64,000 bases of DNA from the NCBI RefSeq assembly GCF_001194135.2, contig NC_068982.1, forward strand, positions 39,568,919-39,632,918. Reading direction: 5' to 3'. Below, one piece after another: positions 10,546-23,465 of this stretch; the first letter of the stretch is position 1, and each line of letters starts with the position of its first letter. The notes under the pieces were generated by a model. That model worked only from the letters and a program-made list of their open reading frames with translations, made no database searches and was not told the origin of the DNA. The position numbers were made by a program, and so were the translations under genes. Origin of the DNA: Octopus bimaculoides. Taxonomy: Eukaryota.

Positions 10546-11965
10546 ATCTAAGCGACAATAACTGTGCCAACACGCTGTCTTGGGTTACAGTAATATTCAG
10601 TGAAATACTAAATAAATGTGCTTTGCGCTAAATAAAAGGAAAACACTGTATATAGAGACGGATTTGGACATGGCATTGTTTTTACCTGTGTATGGCTTTG
10701 GGCTAAAATCAGAATTTTAATAAAAATATGATACTGTATTGTTCAGACTTTTTTCTCAAAAATATTACAGGTTAGTTTCACAACTATATCTTCGCAAAGC
10801 AAGCATGCGTACACATTTCTTTCTTTTATCTTTTTATTCTTCTCTTTCTCTCTCTCCCCATATATATATATATATATANNNNNNNNNNNNNNNNNNNNNN
10901 NNNNNNNNNNNNNNNNNNNNNNNNNNNNNNNNNNNNNNNNNNNNNNNNNNNNNNNNNNNNNNNNNNNNNNNNNNNNNNNNNNNNNNNNNNNNNNNNNNNN
11001 NNNNNNNNNNNNNNNNNNNNNNNNNNNNNNNNNNNNNNNNNNNNNNNNNNNNNNNNNNNNNNNNNNNNNNNNNNNNNNNNNNNNNNNNNNNNNNNNNNNN
11101 NNNNNNNNNNNNNNNNNNNNNNNNNNNNNNNNNNNNNNNNNNNNNNNNNNNNNNNNNNNNNNNNNNNNNNNNNNNNNNNNNNNNNNNNNNNNNNNNNNNN
11201 NNNNNNNNNNNNNNNATATATATATATATATTTATTTATTTATCTATCCATCTACATTTCTTTTCTTTGTTTTATTCTTTCTTTTTTTCGATGCTACCTA
11301 TGTGGTTCTGTTGAAGAAACCATAGCTGTCTCGTGTCACGATAAAGGCCATCTGTTAGGAATATGTCTTCCAAGCAAAATCATTGAAAAAGGCAAGCAAT
11401 GACAAAACCACACACTAGCTGCTTCTAACAGCAGCTCCTTTATTATCAATAAATCACCGCTTTGGAAATGTTTTGTAGTAAAGTTATATACCCCAAAATT
11501 TGCAATTCGTGAGACAGAAGCACAGATTGCGCATAACTTAGTGTATGACATAGTGCGTGACAGCCGAACTAAATTCTATGAGCAATATATGCTCAGCTAT
11601 TGAATTCCAGCTGAGTTATATATGAAAATGTATATCGTATTCAATAGTAGTAGTTGAGTCTGGCTGCACTTTTCTACATTCATTTCTTAATTTATGATAT
11701 TGAACAAAAACTAATAAAAGCTAAAACGGTATTCTAATTTCTCTTGTTTCTATGTTGACGCATCATGGCTCCAACTTGTTTATTTATCATTCATCATCTT
11801 TTAACTCGAGGCCTCACCTCCACTTCTGGAAATTTCAATATACCATTCTTCATATTGAATCTAGTGTAGTCATATAGTCATCTAGTATACAAAATCTATC
11901 CTTCACAAGGGTTTATTCTACACTTATTATTAGACTTGAAACAAACACAACGAATTTATGTGTGT

Positions 11966-12047
<82 letters not shown>

Positions 12048-12969
12048 GTGCGTGTGCGTGTGGATGGATGGAAAGATGAAGGTAGTGTAACCGAAGTTTT
12101 GCTTCCTAAAACTTGAAACATTATATGATGTTTGTATTGCTTATTGCTTCTCAAACTTCACACACATTTTCAGTAATCTCTCATTTGTTAGTCGTCTTCG
12201 TCACCTAGGATCATTGATGTACAACTAGACAGTCACGTATATTTGTATTTCAGGAATAACGTTTCCAATGTTATTGGCTGCTATTTCCAGTAAATCTAGC
12301 GACTATATTTGTTGAACCTTCCTAGGCGTTTGTCGCGCCAGTAAGACTCTCTAGCTCAACTCTCTTTCGTCTAATGATTAAAATTTTTTTTCAACATTAC
12401 ACTTATTGGCTTTCACAGACCCCATTTTCTGTCTTTTTCGAAAGGTTATTTTTTTATTCAGCCCATTGTTTGTTTGCCTAAAGCCTACAAAGGTTTTCTA
12501 ATGCGTTAACGGAATCTGTAGAATATATTCGAATTTTCTATAGTTTTAATCTTTTAGAAAATTCTTTACGTATTCAATGAGAAATTTCCAATCACAAAAT
12601 CTTTCTGGTCTCAGTTCCTCAGTTACATTTACTTTTCTATCTCAAAATATGATAACAGAATTCCAGCCTTACACTCTATTTAGTAGTCAGCTAAGTGGTC
12701 AGACATTGAAAGTGAATATACTTGATTGCATATATGTAATAAAGCGAGTGAGAGAGATTAGAAATTCTTTTTGCGTATCCTATTCATTAACAAATCATGT
12801 ACATTAACAAACACTTAAACGATTTGTCATGGTTTGTTCTATAGTGATGCAAAGAAAAATTTTTAAAAGATATTATCATAGAATAGCCAGTGGAAATTGG
12901 CTGTAGATGTTTAATGCGTGGTGTTCGATTTCAAATGTAAGTTGTGGAATACGTCGACAAAGAAATACA

Positions 12970-13690
12970 AGCATTCCTTTGTACTTTTATGCTACAAGTT
13001 TTCTATACTCTCAAGTCAAAGAACACTTCCAGATCTACCCGCCCACAATGACTGAACACTGCATTTCATTTTTCTGCAACGAATAGTGACTCATCTGGGG
13101 AGACATTAGCTTCCAATCACACTCTTAATACATATACACCCTCCTCGTGACAACCATTGTTCCAGCAGTAATTATACTCCAACAAAGTAATAACTTCAAT
13201 GATCACACCCGGTGTATCTTTCCAGGTTAGTCTACCTTTTAAAGAATTAATATGTATGCGTACCTATCCAAAACAACACTAAAGGATATCGGTAGCATCT
13301 CTGTTCTTCGCAATTATGCAGTAATTACTACCTGTACTGCGTTCAGGTGAGATTCACAATAGATTACTCTCCCAAATCTAGAGCGATGCTGCTACTACAT
13401 ATCCGGATATTCTACCAACAGGCTTTTACGCAGTCGCTCACCAACATACTCCTAGCTTTTGATATGCAATGTTCTATCTCTTCTCTCTACCTTTGCCCGG
13501 TTATTTTTCAGCGTCATTCAGGCTTCACTAACTTATTCGTCTCCTGTTCTCGTCAGCTAAGTTGTACTAAGCAACTCACCTTCTTCATCATTGGAATAAC
13601 CAATTTTTCAAGTCATTTCTCCAGATTCTCTGGATTTGCTCCTCTGTCTAAGATTTTTCTTACGGCTATTTATGTCGAAGAGAAACAATA
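12970..13690 (-). mobile_element. Very decayed LINE reverse-transcriptase remnant (RTE/CR1-like)
   Basis: Weak, correctly ordered echoes of RT motifs on the minus strand (ILDRGANPE...LVIPMMKK; IALDLGE; LEVFFDL). Many stops. Confidence 0.35.
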
Positions 13691-14216
13691 ACTGTGTTGA
13701 CGTTACCGGTCACATTCTCTCTATGAAACGCATGAACATAATCTCTTCTCCAAAAGTATCTATCAAAACAAAGTTTCAGCGCTTATTGCTCTTAACTCAA
13801 ACAAAATAATTAAACCGAGTCCAAATTAAGAATAATTAGAGTAAGCACTTCTCCAACGATTTCAAATTGACATTAATCATTTGGATTTTGCATCGTTTAA
13901 TATATTCACCGAATTCATTTTGACCCATGTTAAATCAAGAGTACCATTGAGCTAAGTCATGACTTTCAGTTAGTTTTGTTCCTATTGTAAAGAGCTTCTT
14001 AATTTAACTTTTCAGCTACATACATTCTTAAAGAGACTATTCTATCGAGTTCACATCTGTCTCTTTCTCTACACTTGTTTATATATACAAGTATATCGAT
14101 AAGGTCATGTAGACCTTACAATGAAAACTTAGTCTCATTCTCTGCATAACAGCATTTCACATTCCAAAGAAGTAAACTCAGACCTTTATGTCAATTTTAC
14201 TAGTGACCAAATAACA

Positions 14217-14243
14217 ATAACAATTATTATTATTATTATTATT

Positions 14244-14278
<35 letters not shown>

Positions 14279-14538
14279 TATTGCCGTTACATTTTACTAG
14301 CAGTAATGCTTTCCCGAATACCGGGTCCTTTGATTTGATTCTACTTCTGTTATATTCTTGGCAATAATGTCGGTTTAATCACTCCACTTCTTTTTTAACG
14401 GCATATAATCACTAGAATTTGAAGAGTTCGGTCTCCAGAGTAAAAGTAGACATTTTCCCTGCCAGAATAAAACGTAGACATTAAGAATGAGAGCTATACA
14501 GCATATTATTATTATCATTATTATTATTATTATCACCA

Positions 14539-14605
<67 letters not shown>
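14217..14605. repeat. Two (ATT)n/(ATC)n tracts flanking a ~220-bp insert that may be an R4/Dong relic
   Basis: The microsatellites at 14217-14283 and 14504-14605 are certain. The identity of the insert is weak. Confidence 0.6.
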
Positions 14606-15499
14606 TGCCTAGACAGAACATCTGTGAAGCATAACATAACTAGAAACTTTAAAAATACTTATTTCTTTTCCATGCAATTTCCAACTGATATCTCCAAGTT
14701 GCAACGCTAGACTTTAGTAATAGCCTGCGATTCGAGTGCACTTTTGGAGTTAATCCATGTTGAGACAGAAAAAAAAAAATTGCTTTTATTTTTTTTTTAT
14801 TGCTGACAATAATAATTTGCTTTCATTGAATAATAAATATAATTGAACGTCGTCTAACGGCTGAGATTATGAATGACTTGAAAAGTGTTTGGTATTTAGG
14901 ATTGCCAATGTTCTGACAAAATATATCTCTTGTGGATCATATAAATTGTGCAAAATTTAATTTAATTCTTGTGGAAGTTACCTGACAATCCGTTGTATAA
15001 CGGTGCTACGGGTACTTCCTTCAGGAGTAGTACCTTCTTTACCATAGATATTTGCTTGTATTTCCCTCTAAAATCTATGGCTCCGTTTAGGTGTGCTATC
15101 AAAGGTAATACGGACTTGTTATGGAGCCAGTGGACTGCAGAAAATATCTTCAGAGGAAGGACTCCCGTGAGGCTAGTTTTTTGGCTCATTAGTTTCTCAT
15201 AATTTAAAAGAGCCATGCTCTTCTAAGTCATGCTTTTCTAAGCCATGCCACAATCAATTTCTGGGACATTATTCGAGAAAATCATTTAATTCAATATTCG
15301 ATAAATCTATTTCGTCTTCAAACAAAGATAGAACTAAGTATATTAAATAAATAAACAAAACTATGCAAAGTTGCTCTTCTGCTTCCTCGTATTTGTGTAA
15401 TTAAGCTATTTGATTAGAAATTGCTTCCTTATATGCATAAATGAGATAAAATCTTCGTGGTCTATTGATGAAGTAGTTGCCCTTTTTCTGTTAGTAACA

Positions 15500-15640
15500 G
15501 TTTACAATTAGTATTTTATCAAACTCGAACGAATAAAAGGCAAAGTTAACATCGACAGCATTTAAACACCGAAAAAAGACAGTCGTAACTAAATGACATT
15601 TGGCAGTTTGTCCGATGTTCTTATGATTTTTCCAATCTAC
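15500..15640 (-). mobile_element. SINE family A, highly decayed
   Basis: TATTTTATCAAACTCGAACGAATAAAAGGCAAAGTTAACATCG resembles the SINE-A core. Confidence 0.6.
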
Positions 15641-16228
15641 CGTCCTTCAACATTCTATGATTATAATTACTGTTTTGTCTCCATTGCTAAAGCTTGAGAA
15701 ACTACTAAAAAACTCTTTAGCATTACATACATATTTAGAGAATAAAATTCAACCTCATTATTCACATATTAATATGTCACTCTCGGAAAATATAATAAAT
15801 GTATTTGCATTGCAGCTAGTTGTAATAATAAGTCTGTCATTGATTGGAAGAGCTCTTATGAGACCAATGAATTCATATTGGCTGTGTTGAAAGACAAGCT
15901 ATTGTTGGACGCTTTTATAGATTCGAGAGAATCAGGTATTTAGCAACGTTAGAAGTTGATGGAAAATCGTAGACTTGTTAAGTCTGAACCATAAATTGTG
16001 TTTAAAGATATTTTCAAATAGTTGTATTGGAATATATTAGGATAGGGATATATGTGTGTGTCTATAGTTATATCATACAACAGGAAGATTCCATATTTTG
16101 TAAGGAAATTGCTGAAACGTGAAATGAAGCTTTAGAAATTGAACCTTTTCTTGATCAGACTCATTTGAATATTATATAAGAAATATATTCTTGTTAATAG
16201 AGCCACTACTTCAAATGTCGAACTAAGC

Positions 16229-16292
<64 letters not shown>

Positions 16293-17144
16293 CGAGAGGG
16301 CACCAAGAAGAAACCAGAATTTTGCAATATTAATTCATTCACATAGTTTTACACATAGTTTACACTTTTATCGCCTTCAGATTATTTTCCATTTGAAGCA
16401 ATGCATCGATCCAGAGGTGTTTTCCACTGCTGGAATTCTTGTGAAGTGATGCCTTCTAACGCCTCCGTCGTTTATTGCTTCACCTCTTCCACATCTGCAA
16501 ATTCACTAGCACAAGCTTTCGTCACTAATGATGACCTTTGTAAAAAGGTCCGGATCAATTACTAATTGTTCATTCAGTTCACGACACGCATCTAGTCATA
16601 ACTGCTTTTGAACTTCCGTGAGGAAGCGAGGCACAAATTTTGCTGCAACTCTTTGCAGTTGCAATTCCTCGCTCAATATCCGTTGGCAGGGGCTTCACGA
16701 CACACCATTCATATCAATATGTCCATCAATTGTTCGGTAATGGTCCTCCAAGATGAGTTCATTAATTTTCATGGTTTCATTCGTTCGAGAGATCGACCGT
16801 CGCCCTGAACGAGGTTGGACCTCAAGCTACAGGTGGCCATTCCTAAAGCGCGAAAACCCCTCATAGACTTGTGTTTTGCTCATAGCAGCAGCCTTGTAAG
16901 CTGTTTAAAGCATGACAGATCTTTCGGCCGGCGTTTTCCCCATCAGAAAACAGAATTTCACGGAAGCACGCTGTTCCTTCGTTTCAGCCATAGCAAAGAT
17001 CGACGATCAGGAGAGAAGCACTGGAAAACAAAGGTGCAATATGCGGCCTGAGAACTACATCAAGTGATTTCTAGCGGCGACGGCTAAAGCCTGAGCTACA
17101 AGGGTTAGAAAACGTTTCCGGTTACTTTTGGGTACCATTCTACG
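16293..17144 (-). mobile_element. Internally deleted mariner (Tc1/mariner) element with both TIRs and TA flanks
   Basis: Left TA|CGAGAGGGCACCAAGAAGAAACCAGAAT; right end (reverse complement) TA|CGTAGAATGGTACCCAAAAGTAACCGGAAA. Transposase from ATG at 16991: MAETKEQRASVKFCFLMGKTP...AMSKTQVYE...RSGR...RVAAKFVPR...VIISDES, then it jumps to FADVEEVK...RCIASNG. Confidence 0.9.
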
Positions 17145-17807
17145 TACAACTTTACGCATATATCGATTTATAATTCATTACTCCTGTTTTATGTATTCTC
17201 TTTCTCACACTTACCGTCACAAAAGAATATTCATAACTTTTATGAAGTTTTTGCTGATATTTGTCAGTTAATTTTAATTATTTAATTATTTTGAATATAT
17301 CGGCTCTCACGTCTAAAGCTCAACTATATTTCATTTTATCCATTTATTAGGGGTATTGCTTGATCGGGTATTTTTTGGGTAAAAAGTAAAGGGGGATGTA
17401 ATGTTAATGGAAAGCGATGTTAACGAAGAGTAGTAATGTTGTCCGTACTATCTCTAAATAATTTTATATTCATTCCTAGATTTGTTAGATTGATTTTTGG
17501 TTGGGATAGATTTCATTTTGTTTGGTTATATATTAAAATCCAAATAATAAAACCGGGAAGGTTGCTATATTGACAGTATTAATAGATCGGGTTAGGAACT
17601 GTTTTATTGTCGAATTATCGTTTTGTTAGGATATTGAAATTATTTATATATTTGGTATTTTTTATTGTTTTAATCTGTGTATGATTTTTCTTGTTACTGT
17701 TGGAATCAAGCACATTTCATGTGTGAATTACAACTGGATAAACAAAACAGTGCCTTAAAGTGTCTTTATGTTACCTACGGTCTTTCGTATAAACTTGTGT
17801 ACATATA

Positions 17808-18146
17808 CATAGAGTTCGGACTAAATTTGACGGGCTGCATGAATAAAGGAGAAAACATATTACCCCTCTCCAAACTAATAATATTTAAAAAAATATATAC
17901 ATATACTTACCAGATTATGGCTTGGAGATTGCAGTTACTCAAAATAGCTGCTATGAGCTTCAACAATGGCCTCAGGACGGATCTGTAATGTGGCACGTGC
18001 GTTCCTCAACGATGTCCCTAGAAGAGCTTTGATCACCATTTCGGCATTTGTGGTGCACGCAGAGCGGTTGGTGTCATTCGCAACTGTGTCCCACACATCG
18101 TAATCCATAGGATTACAATTGGAAGAATTAGGTCATAAATTGGGAG
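17808..18146 (-). mobile_element. Tc1/mariner-superfamily transposase C-terminal fragment and probable terminal region
   Basis: PNL*PNSSNCNPMDYDVWDTVANDTNRS...EAIVEAHSSYFE* (stop at 17935-17937), i.e. the WPPxSPDxNPxDY-type motif. Left boundary uncertain. Confidence 0.78.
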
Positions 18147-18753
18147 ATGCACCCATCATCAACCCTATCACATCACCGATTCCTTCACCTGCACTTCTAC
18201 CAATGTCATCTACTGCATCTCCTGCTCTCTATGCCCTTCTCTTTACATCGGGTAAACGGGACACCGCTTGGCTGACCGGTTCGCGGAACACCTCCGAGAC
18301 AGCCGACTCGGCAATGACACCCCGGTCTCACGCCATTTCCGCTCAACCGGTCACTCTTTGCAACACCTGTCCGTGTTCGGAGTGTCCTTGCACAGGGGCC
18401 ATCCGGACTCCCGTTTGCACCATGAACAAGGATTAATCTTCTTTTTTCGCTCCTTTGCGCCAGATGGGCTCAACTCTCCTCTCCTCTTCATCTAACCTCC
18501 TCCCCTCGCTTCTCTCATCCGAATACCTACTTCCTCCGACGCACCTCTCCTCTCTTGCTCCAACTCCTACTTCTTCTCTTCACTCCTACTCTCCTTTCTT
18601 CTCTGTACTCGTACCCACCTGCTCCTTCCACCTTCATCGTTACCCCTCCCTCGTAACCCCAGCCCACCTCTACACATTCTAACCCCACCTTCCTTATCCT
18701 TCCCATCCCACCTCACTCCATCCCTTACACACACTCCTCTAAGTCCCACTTCT
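18147..18753 (+). mobile_element. Penelope-like element, GIY-YIG endonuclease fragment plus pyrimidine-rich 3' region
   Basis: YHITDSFTCTSTNVIYCISCSLCPSLYIG*TGHRLADRFAEHLRD...VSRHF...EQGLIF...APDGLN (18157-18495). One premature stop at 18253-18255. Runs into an assembly gap. Confidence 0.92.
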
Positions 18754-19969
18754 NNNNNNNNNNNNNNNNNNNNNNNNNNNNNNNNNNNNNNNNNNNNNNN
18801 NNNNNNNNNNNNNNNNNNNNNNNNNNNNNNNNNNNNNNNNNNNNNNNNNNNNNNNNNNNNNNNNNNNNNNNNNNNNNNNNNNNNNNNNNNNNNNNNNNNN
18901 NNNNNNNNNNNNNNNNNNNNNNNNNNNNNNNNNNNNNNNNNNNNNNNNNNNNNNNNNNNNNNNNNNNNNNNNNNNNNNNNNNNNNNNNNNNNNNNNNNNN
19001 NNNNNNNNNNNNNNNNNNNNNNNNNNNNNNNNNNNNNNNNNNNNNNNNNNNNNNNNNNNNNNNNNNNNNNNNNNNNNNNNNNNNNNNNNNNNNNNNNNNN
19101 NNNNNNNNNNNNNNNNNNNNNNNNNNNNNNNNNNNNNNNNNNNNNNNNNNNNNNNNNNNNNNNNNNNNNNNNNNNNNNNNNNNNNNNNNNNNNNNNNNNN
19201 NNNNNNNNNNNNNNNNNNNNNNNNNNNNNNNNNNNNNNNNNNNNNNNNNNNNNNNNNNNNNNNNNNNNNNNNNNNNNNNNNNNNNNNNNNNNNNNNNNNN
19301 NNNNNNNNNNNNNNNNNNNNNNNNNNNNNNNNNNNNNNNNNNNNNNNNNNNNNNNNNNNNNNNNNNNNNNNNNNNNNNNNNNNNNNNNNNNNNNNNNNNN
19401 NNTATATATGTGTGTGTGTGTGTGTGTGTGTATGTGTGTGTGTATGTCTGAGAATACGATATATATATATATATATTCCAGTTTGCTTGCTATGTCACAT
19501 AATCATTTTTGATTTATCACTGAGTGCCATTAAAGTTTGAATATCTACACAACCAATTACAAACTAAAACAAAACACATGGCTGCAGCAGTCTCATGTAA
19601 TTAACAGTTGTTTTATTATATATAATCAATGCTTAAGTGTAATATATGAATGCTTTGAATTTTGTGCTCTGCTTCTGTTTATCTCTGAGTGTGTGATTTG
19701 TCCACGTGTGTGCGTGTGTTAGTGTGTACTTATGTAGATGCGGCATCAGATGTTCAATAGCATTAAAACTCAATAAAAACAAGCCTCAAGCAAAATGAAT
19801 TATAATTTCATAGAACTGGTGTCTAGCCGCACTTTCAATAATAAATGTATTCGCTAATGTCAATAGTAACGATGACTTGGGTTAATCTGACATGTCGTGA
19901 TGTAACTTCTTGGTGGCAGACTTCCAATAACAATTTTTACGTTTTTTCCCCTTAAGCTAGTGATGTTCA

Positions 19970-20945
19970 TATTTGTTGTAGATCGATATGCTTCTTTGCA
20001 GAGGCAACGTGGTGTTAAGTTCTTGGCGAAGGAAAGGCGCAGGCTACAGGTTGTTAACATAGACAACTCCATCGAAGAAGTTTAAAGAAGGGGAAACAAT
20101 CATTGAAGATAAATCATGCTGTCGAAGGCCAAAAACTTTCAATACTGGCATGAAACGCCAGCACAGGAAAGAATTGATTTGTGCGGACATACAAGTCACT
20201 ACCTGTGAGCTTGCTGCACAACTGGTTGTAGCCACAGTGCATTACAGAAAATGGTGGAAGAATAGGCATTAGAAAGTGTGTGCAGAGTTGGTGCCCGGCC
20301 GTTAACAACCGGTCTAATGAACAGAATAGTGTAAATCTGTTCTAATCTGCTAACAACATTTGATGCCAATGATGACAATTACTTGCGTCTAGTGAGAAAA
20401 AATGAAATGCAGGGTTGGTCCAAAAGTGATATCACACCTCTTGTCCAATACCTAATATTTAGGAACCAGCTGTCTTTAAAAAAATCATAGGAACTGAGTT
20501 TTAAAGATGACAAGAGCGTCTTTCTCCATTTTCTGCAATGTGACTATACCGTAAAAAGCGAGCGGAACATGGAGACACTCATAAAACTTAGAGAATCCAT
20601 TAGGAAGAAGGCAATCGAATATGAATCTGAAAACGACTTGCATCATTCATTATGATAATATGCAACCACACACATCTTGGTCAACAAATCAGAAAATTAG
20701 TTAATGGGGCTGCTTAGTGACCCCAATCCACTAGACAACCCAAATCTGGCTCCCGACTTCGAGCCATTTGGTCCAATGTACAAGAGTCCTGGTAGCCAAC
20801 GACTTGATAATACAGATGAATTAAAACCAGATGTGCAGAATAGGTAGAACATTGCACATCAGACATTTTTTAGAGACGATTCAGTGGTTTTGTTCGTCGA
20901 TTGAGTAAATGCTTCGTTTGTGAGGGAAATTATGTTCAATTTTAG
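19970..20945 (+). mobile_element. Decayed near-full-length mariner transposase
   Basis: Ordered motifs: QRGVKFLAKE; KFKEGETIIED..RP; RKVCAELVP; LIKLRESIRKK; HYDNMQPH; DNPNLAPDF..FG; KCFVCEGNYV. Many stops and frameshifts. Confidence 0.82.
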
Positions 20946-21216
20946 CTTTGCAGAGAGGAAGACTTATTCTACAAATGGATGCAAATTGAATGACCTGCCT
21001 TTGTTAATAAAAAATAAATTGATGTCCGCTTTCAAATTCTTTCGGTAGAAATCTCGCGTAAACATATTTTATATAAGTGTGTGTGTATATATAGATATAT
21101 ATAAATATATATGGATGGAAGGATTTATGTATACAAACACGCACAGATAAACAAATATATAATACATAATATAATACATATATATGTAAATAAACATATA
21201 TAAACAGACGCAATTT

Positions 21217-21223
<7 letters not shown>

Positions 21224-21259
<36 letters not shown>

Positions 21260-21380
21260 NNNNNNNNNNNNNNNNNNNNNNNNNNNNNNNNNNNNNNNNN
21301 NNNNNNNNNNNNNNNNNNNNNNNNNNNNNNNNNNNNNNNNNNNNNNNNNNNNNNNNNNNTAATAATAATAATAATAATAA
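21224..21380. repeat. (AAT)n tract with assembly gap (tail of the adjacent SINE-A)
   Basis: Directly visible and contiguous with the SINE-A 3' end. Confidence 0.93.
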
Positions 21381-21595
21381 TCCTTTCTACTATAGGCACA
21401 TGGCCTGGAATATTTAGGGAGGGGGCTAGTTGATTACATCAACCTCAATAGTCAACAGGTACTTATTTTATCGACCCCGAAAGGATGAAATGCAAAGTCG
21501 ACCTCGGTGGAATTTGAACTTAGAACGTGAAGACGGACGAAATGCCGCTAAGCTCTTTGTTCGGCGTGCTAACGCTTCTGTCAGCTCACCGCCTT
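21381..21595 (-). mobile_element. SINE family A, well preserved
   Basis: Full consensus including TTATCGACCCCGAAAGGATGAAA and GGAATTTGAACT. Confidence 0.93.
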
Positions 21596-21617
21596 AATAA
21601 GAATAATGATGATGATG

Positions 21618-21848
21618 GGTTCTTGGGGACAGTATCAGAATGCCTCAAGAGGAATATAAAGGAAATGGGAATACAGCGCCTGGTATAGCTATTGCAAAGT
21701 ATTTGCCTCCTTGACACGGCCGGAACGATCAGGAAAGTATTAAATCGTTGAAAAGAACAGACAGCATGGTACCGTGGACTAGGTAGCAAGTTCGCTGCGC
21801 ATGCAAAACTCTGGGAGTTCTAAACAAATTCTGACTTAAAAGAAAAAG
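21618..21848 (+). mobile_element. R4/Dong-type 3'-end fragment ('Dong-B', copy 2) followed by (AAT)n to 21916
   Basis: GFLGTVSECLKRNIKEMGIQRLV*LLQSICLLDTAGTIRKVLNR*. 3' UTR homologous to 1804-2010. Confidence 0.88.
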
Positions 21849-21916
<68 letters not shown>

Positions 21917-22449
21917 TCACACTGTACACATGTTGCGGTCAATAATTTTAGAAGACATAACCTTAACTGCATTATAAATACGAGGTCTCCACTTCAGAAG
22001 CAAGTAATCGGGAAACAAAAGAAAATTACATAGATTAGAATATGTTAAAGCCACTCTGCGAGCTCTGTTCTTTCTTGTCCTTTATAGTCGCCATACAGCA
22101 GTTTCAGCAACCTGTCAACTGAAATGAACATCAAACCACGCAATAACAACTCAAATTATCAATTTCTCTCTAGAACTGAATTTTAAAACTCGTTTACAAG
22201 CCATTAACTTGCTAACACATGTAATTCCAACTCTATATCTGCTGAGATAATTTCATATGGTAATAACATTTCTTAGTTTAAGATGGACCAGTAACTGTAC
22301 TGAAAATATTAAATTGATATAAATTTAGTTTTAAGGTATTAGAACTGGAATTTATAATGCGTCATAGACTGCTGTTTGTAAAAAGTAACAGCACCAGACT
22401 TATTATTATGACTTTTAGTAAAAGCAGAAAGTCACAAATCTTAGGGAGA

Positions 22450-23465
22450 CTTAGCATTTCTTAGCTTCTCTTCTGCTCTAGGGAGCGTCGGTTGAAGAGA
22501 GATATCAACCCAACATAGACTCAAGCATCGTTACTAGCTTGTTCTCAGACAAGGCTAATATCCACCAAGTCGTCTGTCACAATCCTCAACAAGTTTTTGA
22601 TCGGTTTGCGATATGTTGCGCCAAGAAATTCTTCGAATGGTCCAATGGCATTATGCATGGAAGAAACCAACTCTTCTCTTGATTCTGCTGATGTTTTTCC
22701 ACGTCTTGCAGAGAATGGACTCCGTCGGAAAAAACAACTGATGAACAAAGGCGCAGTTCCATGCATTGGTAGCCAGAGGAATTGAACCACGAAAGCTTCA
22801 GGTGCTGAAAGACAGCTGTAGCTTTACCGAATCATTTTTCTTGTCAGTTTTCTATTAGCTATTGTTTGCAATACTAATACTCTGGCATGTGAAGCTGTCA
22901 CAAATCTGAGTCTGACTCCCCAGCTGAAACTGTTCTTGTCATGTTTCCACAGCAATCGTGTCTTTCCTCTTCTCATTGGTCATTCGAAATAACTTTTGAC
23001 CTGGTGTTGCTGAGAGCTGATAATGGTGGTAATGTCTTATATTACCGTATTTGTGATACTAAGGATTCCCGCGTGTTCCGTAGAATCATGTTCGGTAGAG
23101 ACCTCCCGGCCTACATTTGATGCATTATACTGGATTCGCCCTGGACTTTCTTATGATGAAATCCACCACCAACAGAGAAGAGGCATTATACAACCTTGGT
23201 GCAACCCTGTAACAATATCGAATATTCCTGTGTTTCAGCCTTTGGTTCTGATGCAGCATTGTCTTCCAGGACATTGTATCTTCCAGGATGGTATAATGTC
23301 TATATTGGGTTGACACATGAAACAGCACGACGGTCATCCATAGAGACTGTATGTGCACGATGTCAAAGGTCTTCATGAAGTCGATGAAGATGATAACAGT
23401 CAATGGATACTGGAACTCGCATTTCAACTGAATCCCACTTGTTCCTCTCGTACATGTTCATCAGG
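22450..23465 (-). mobile_element. RTE-clade LINE reverse-transcriptase/3' remnant
   Basis: DEHVREEQVGF...EFQYPLTVIIFIDFMKTFDIVHIQSLW...; downstream IGKATAVFQHL. Many lesions. Confidence 0.82.
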
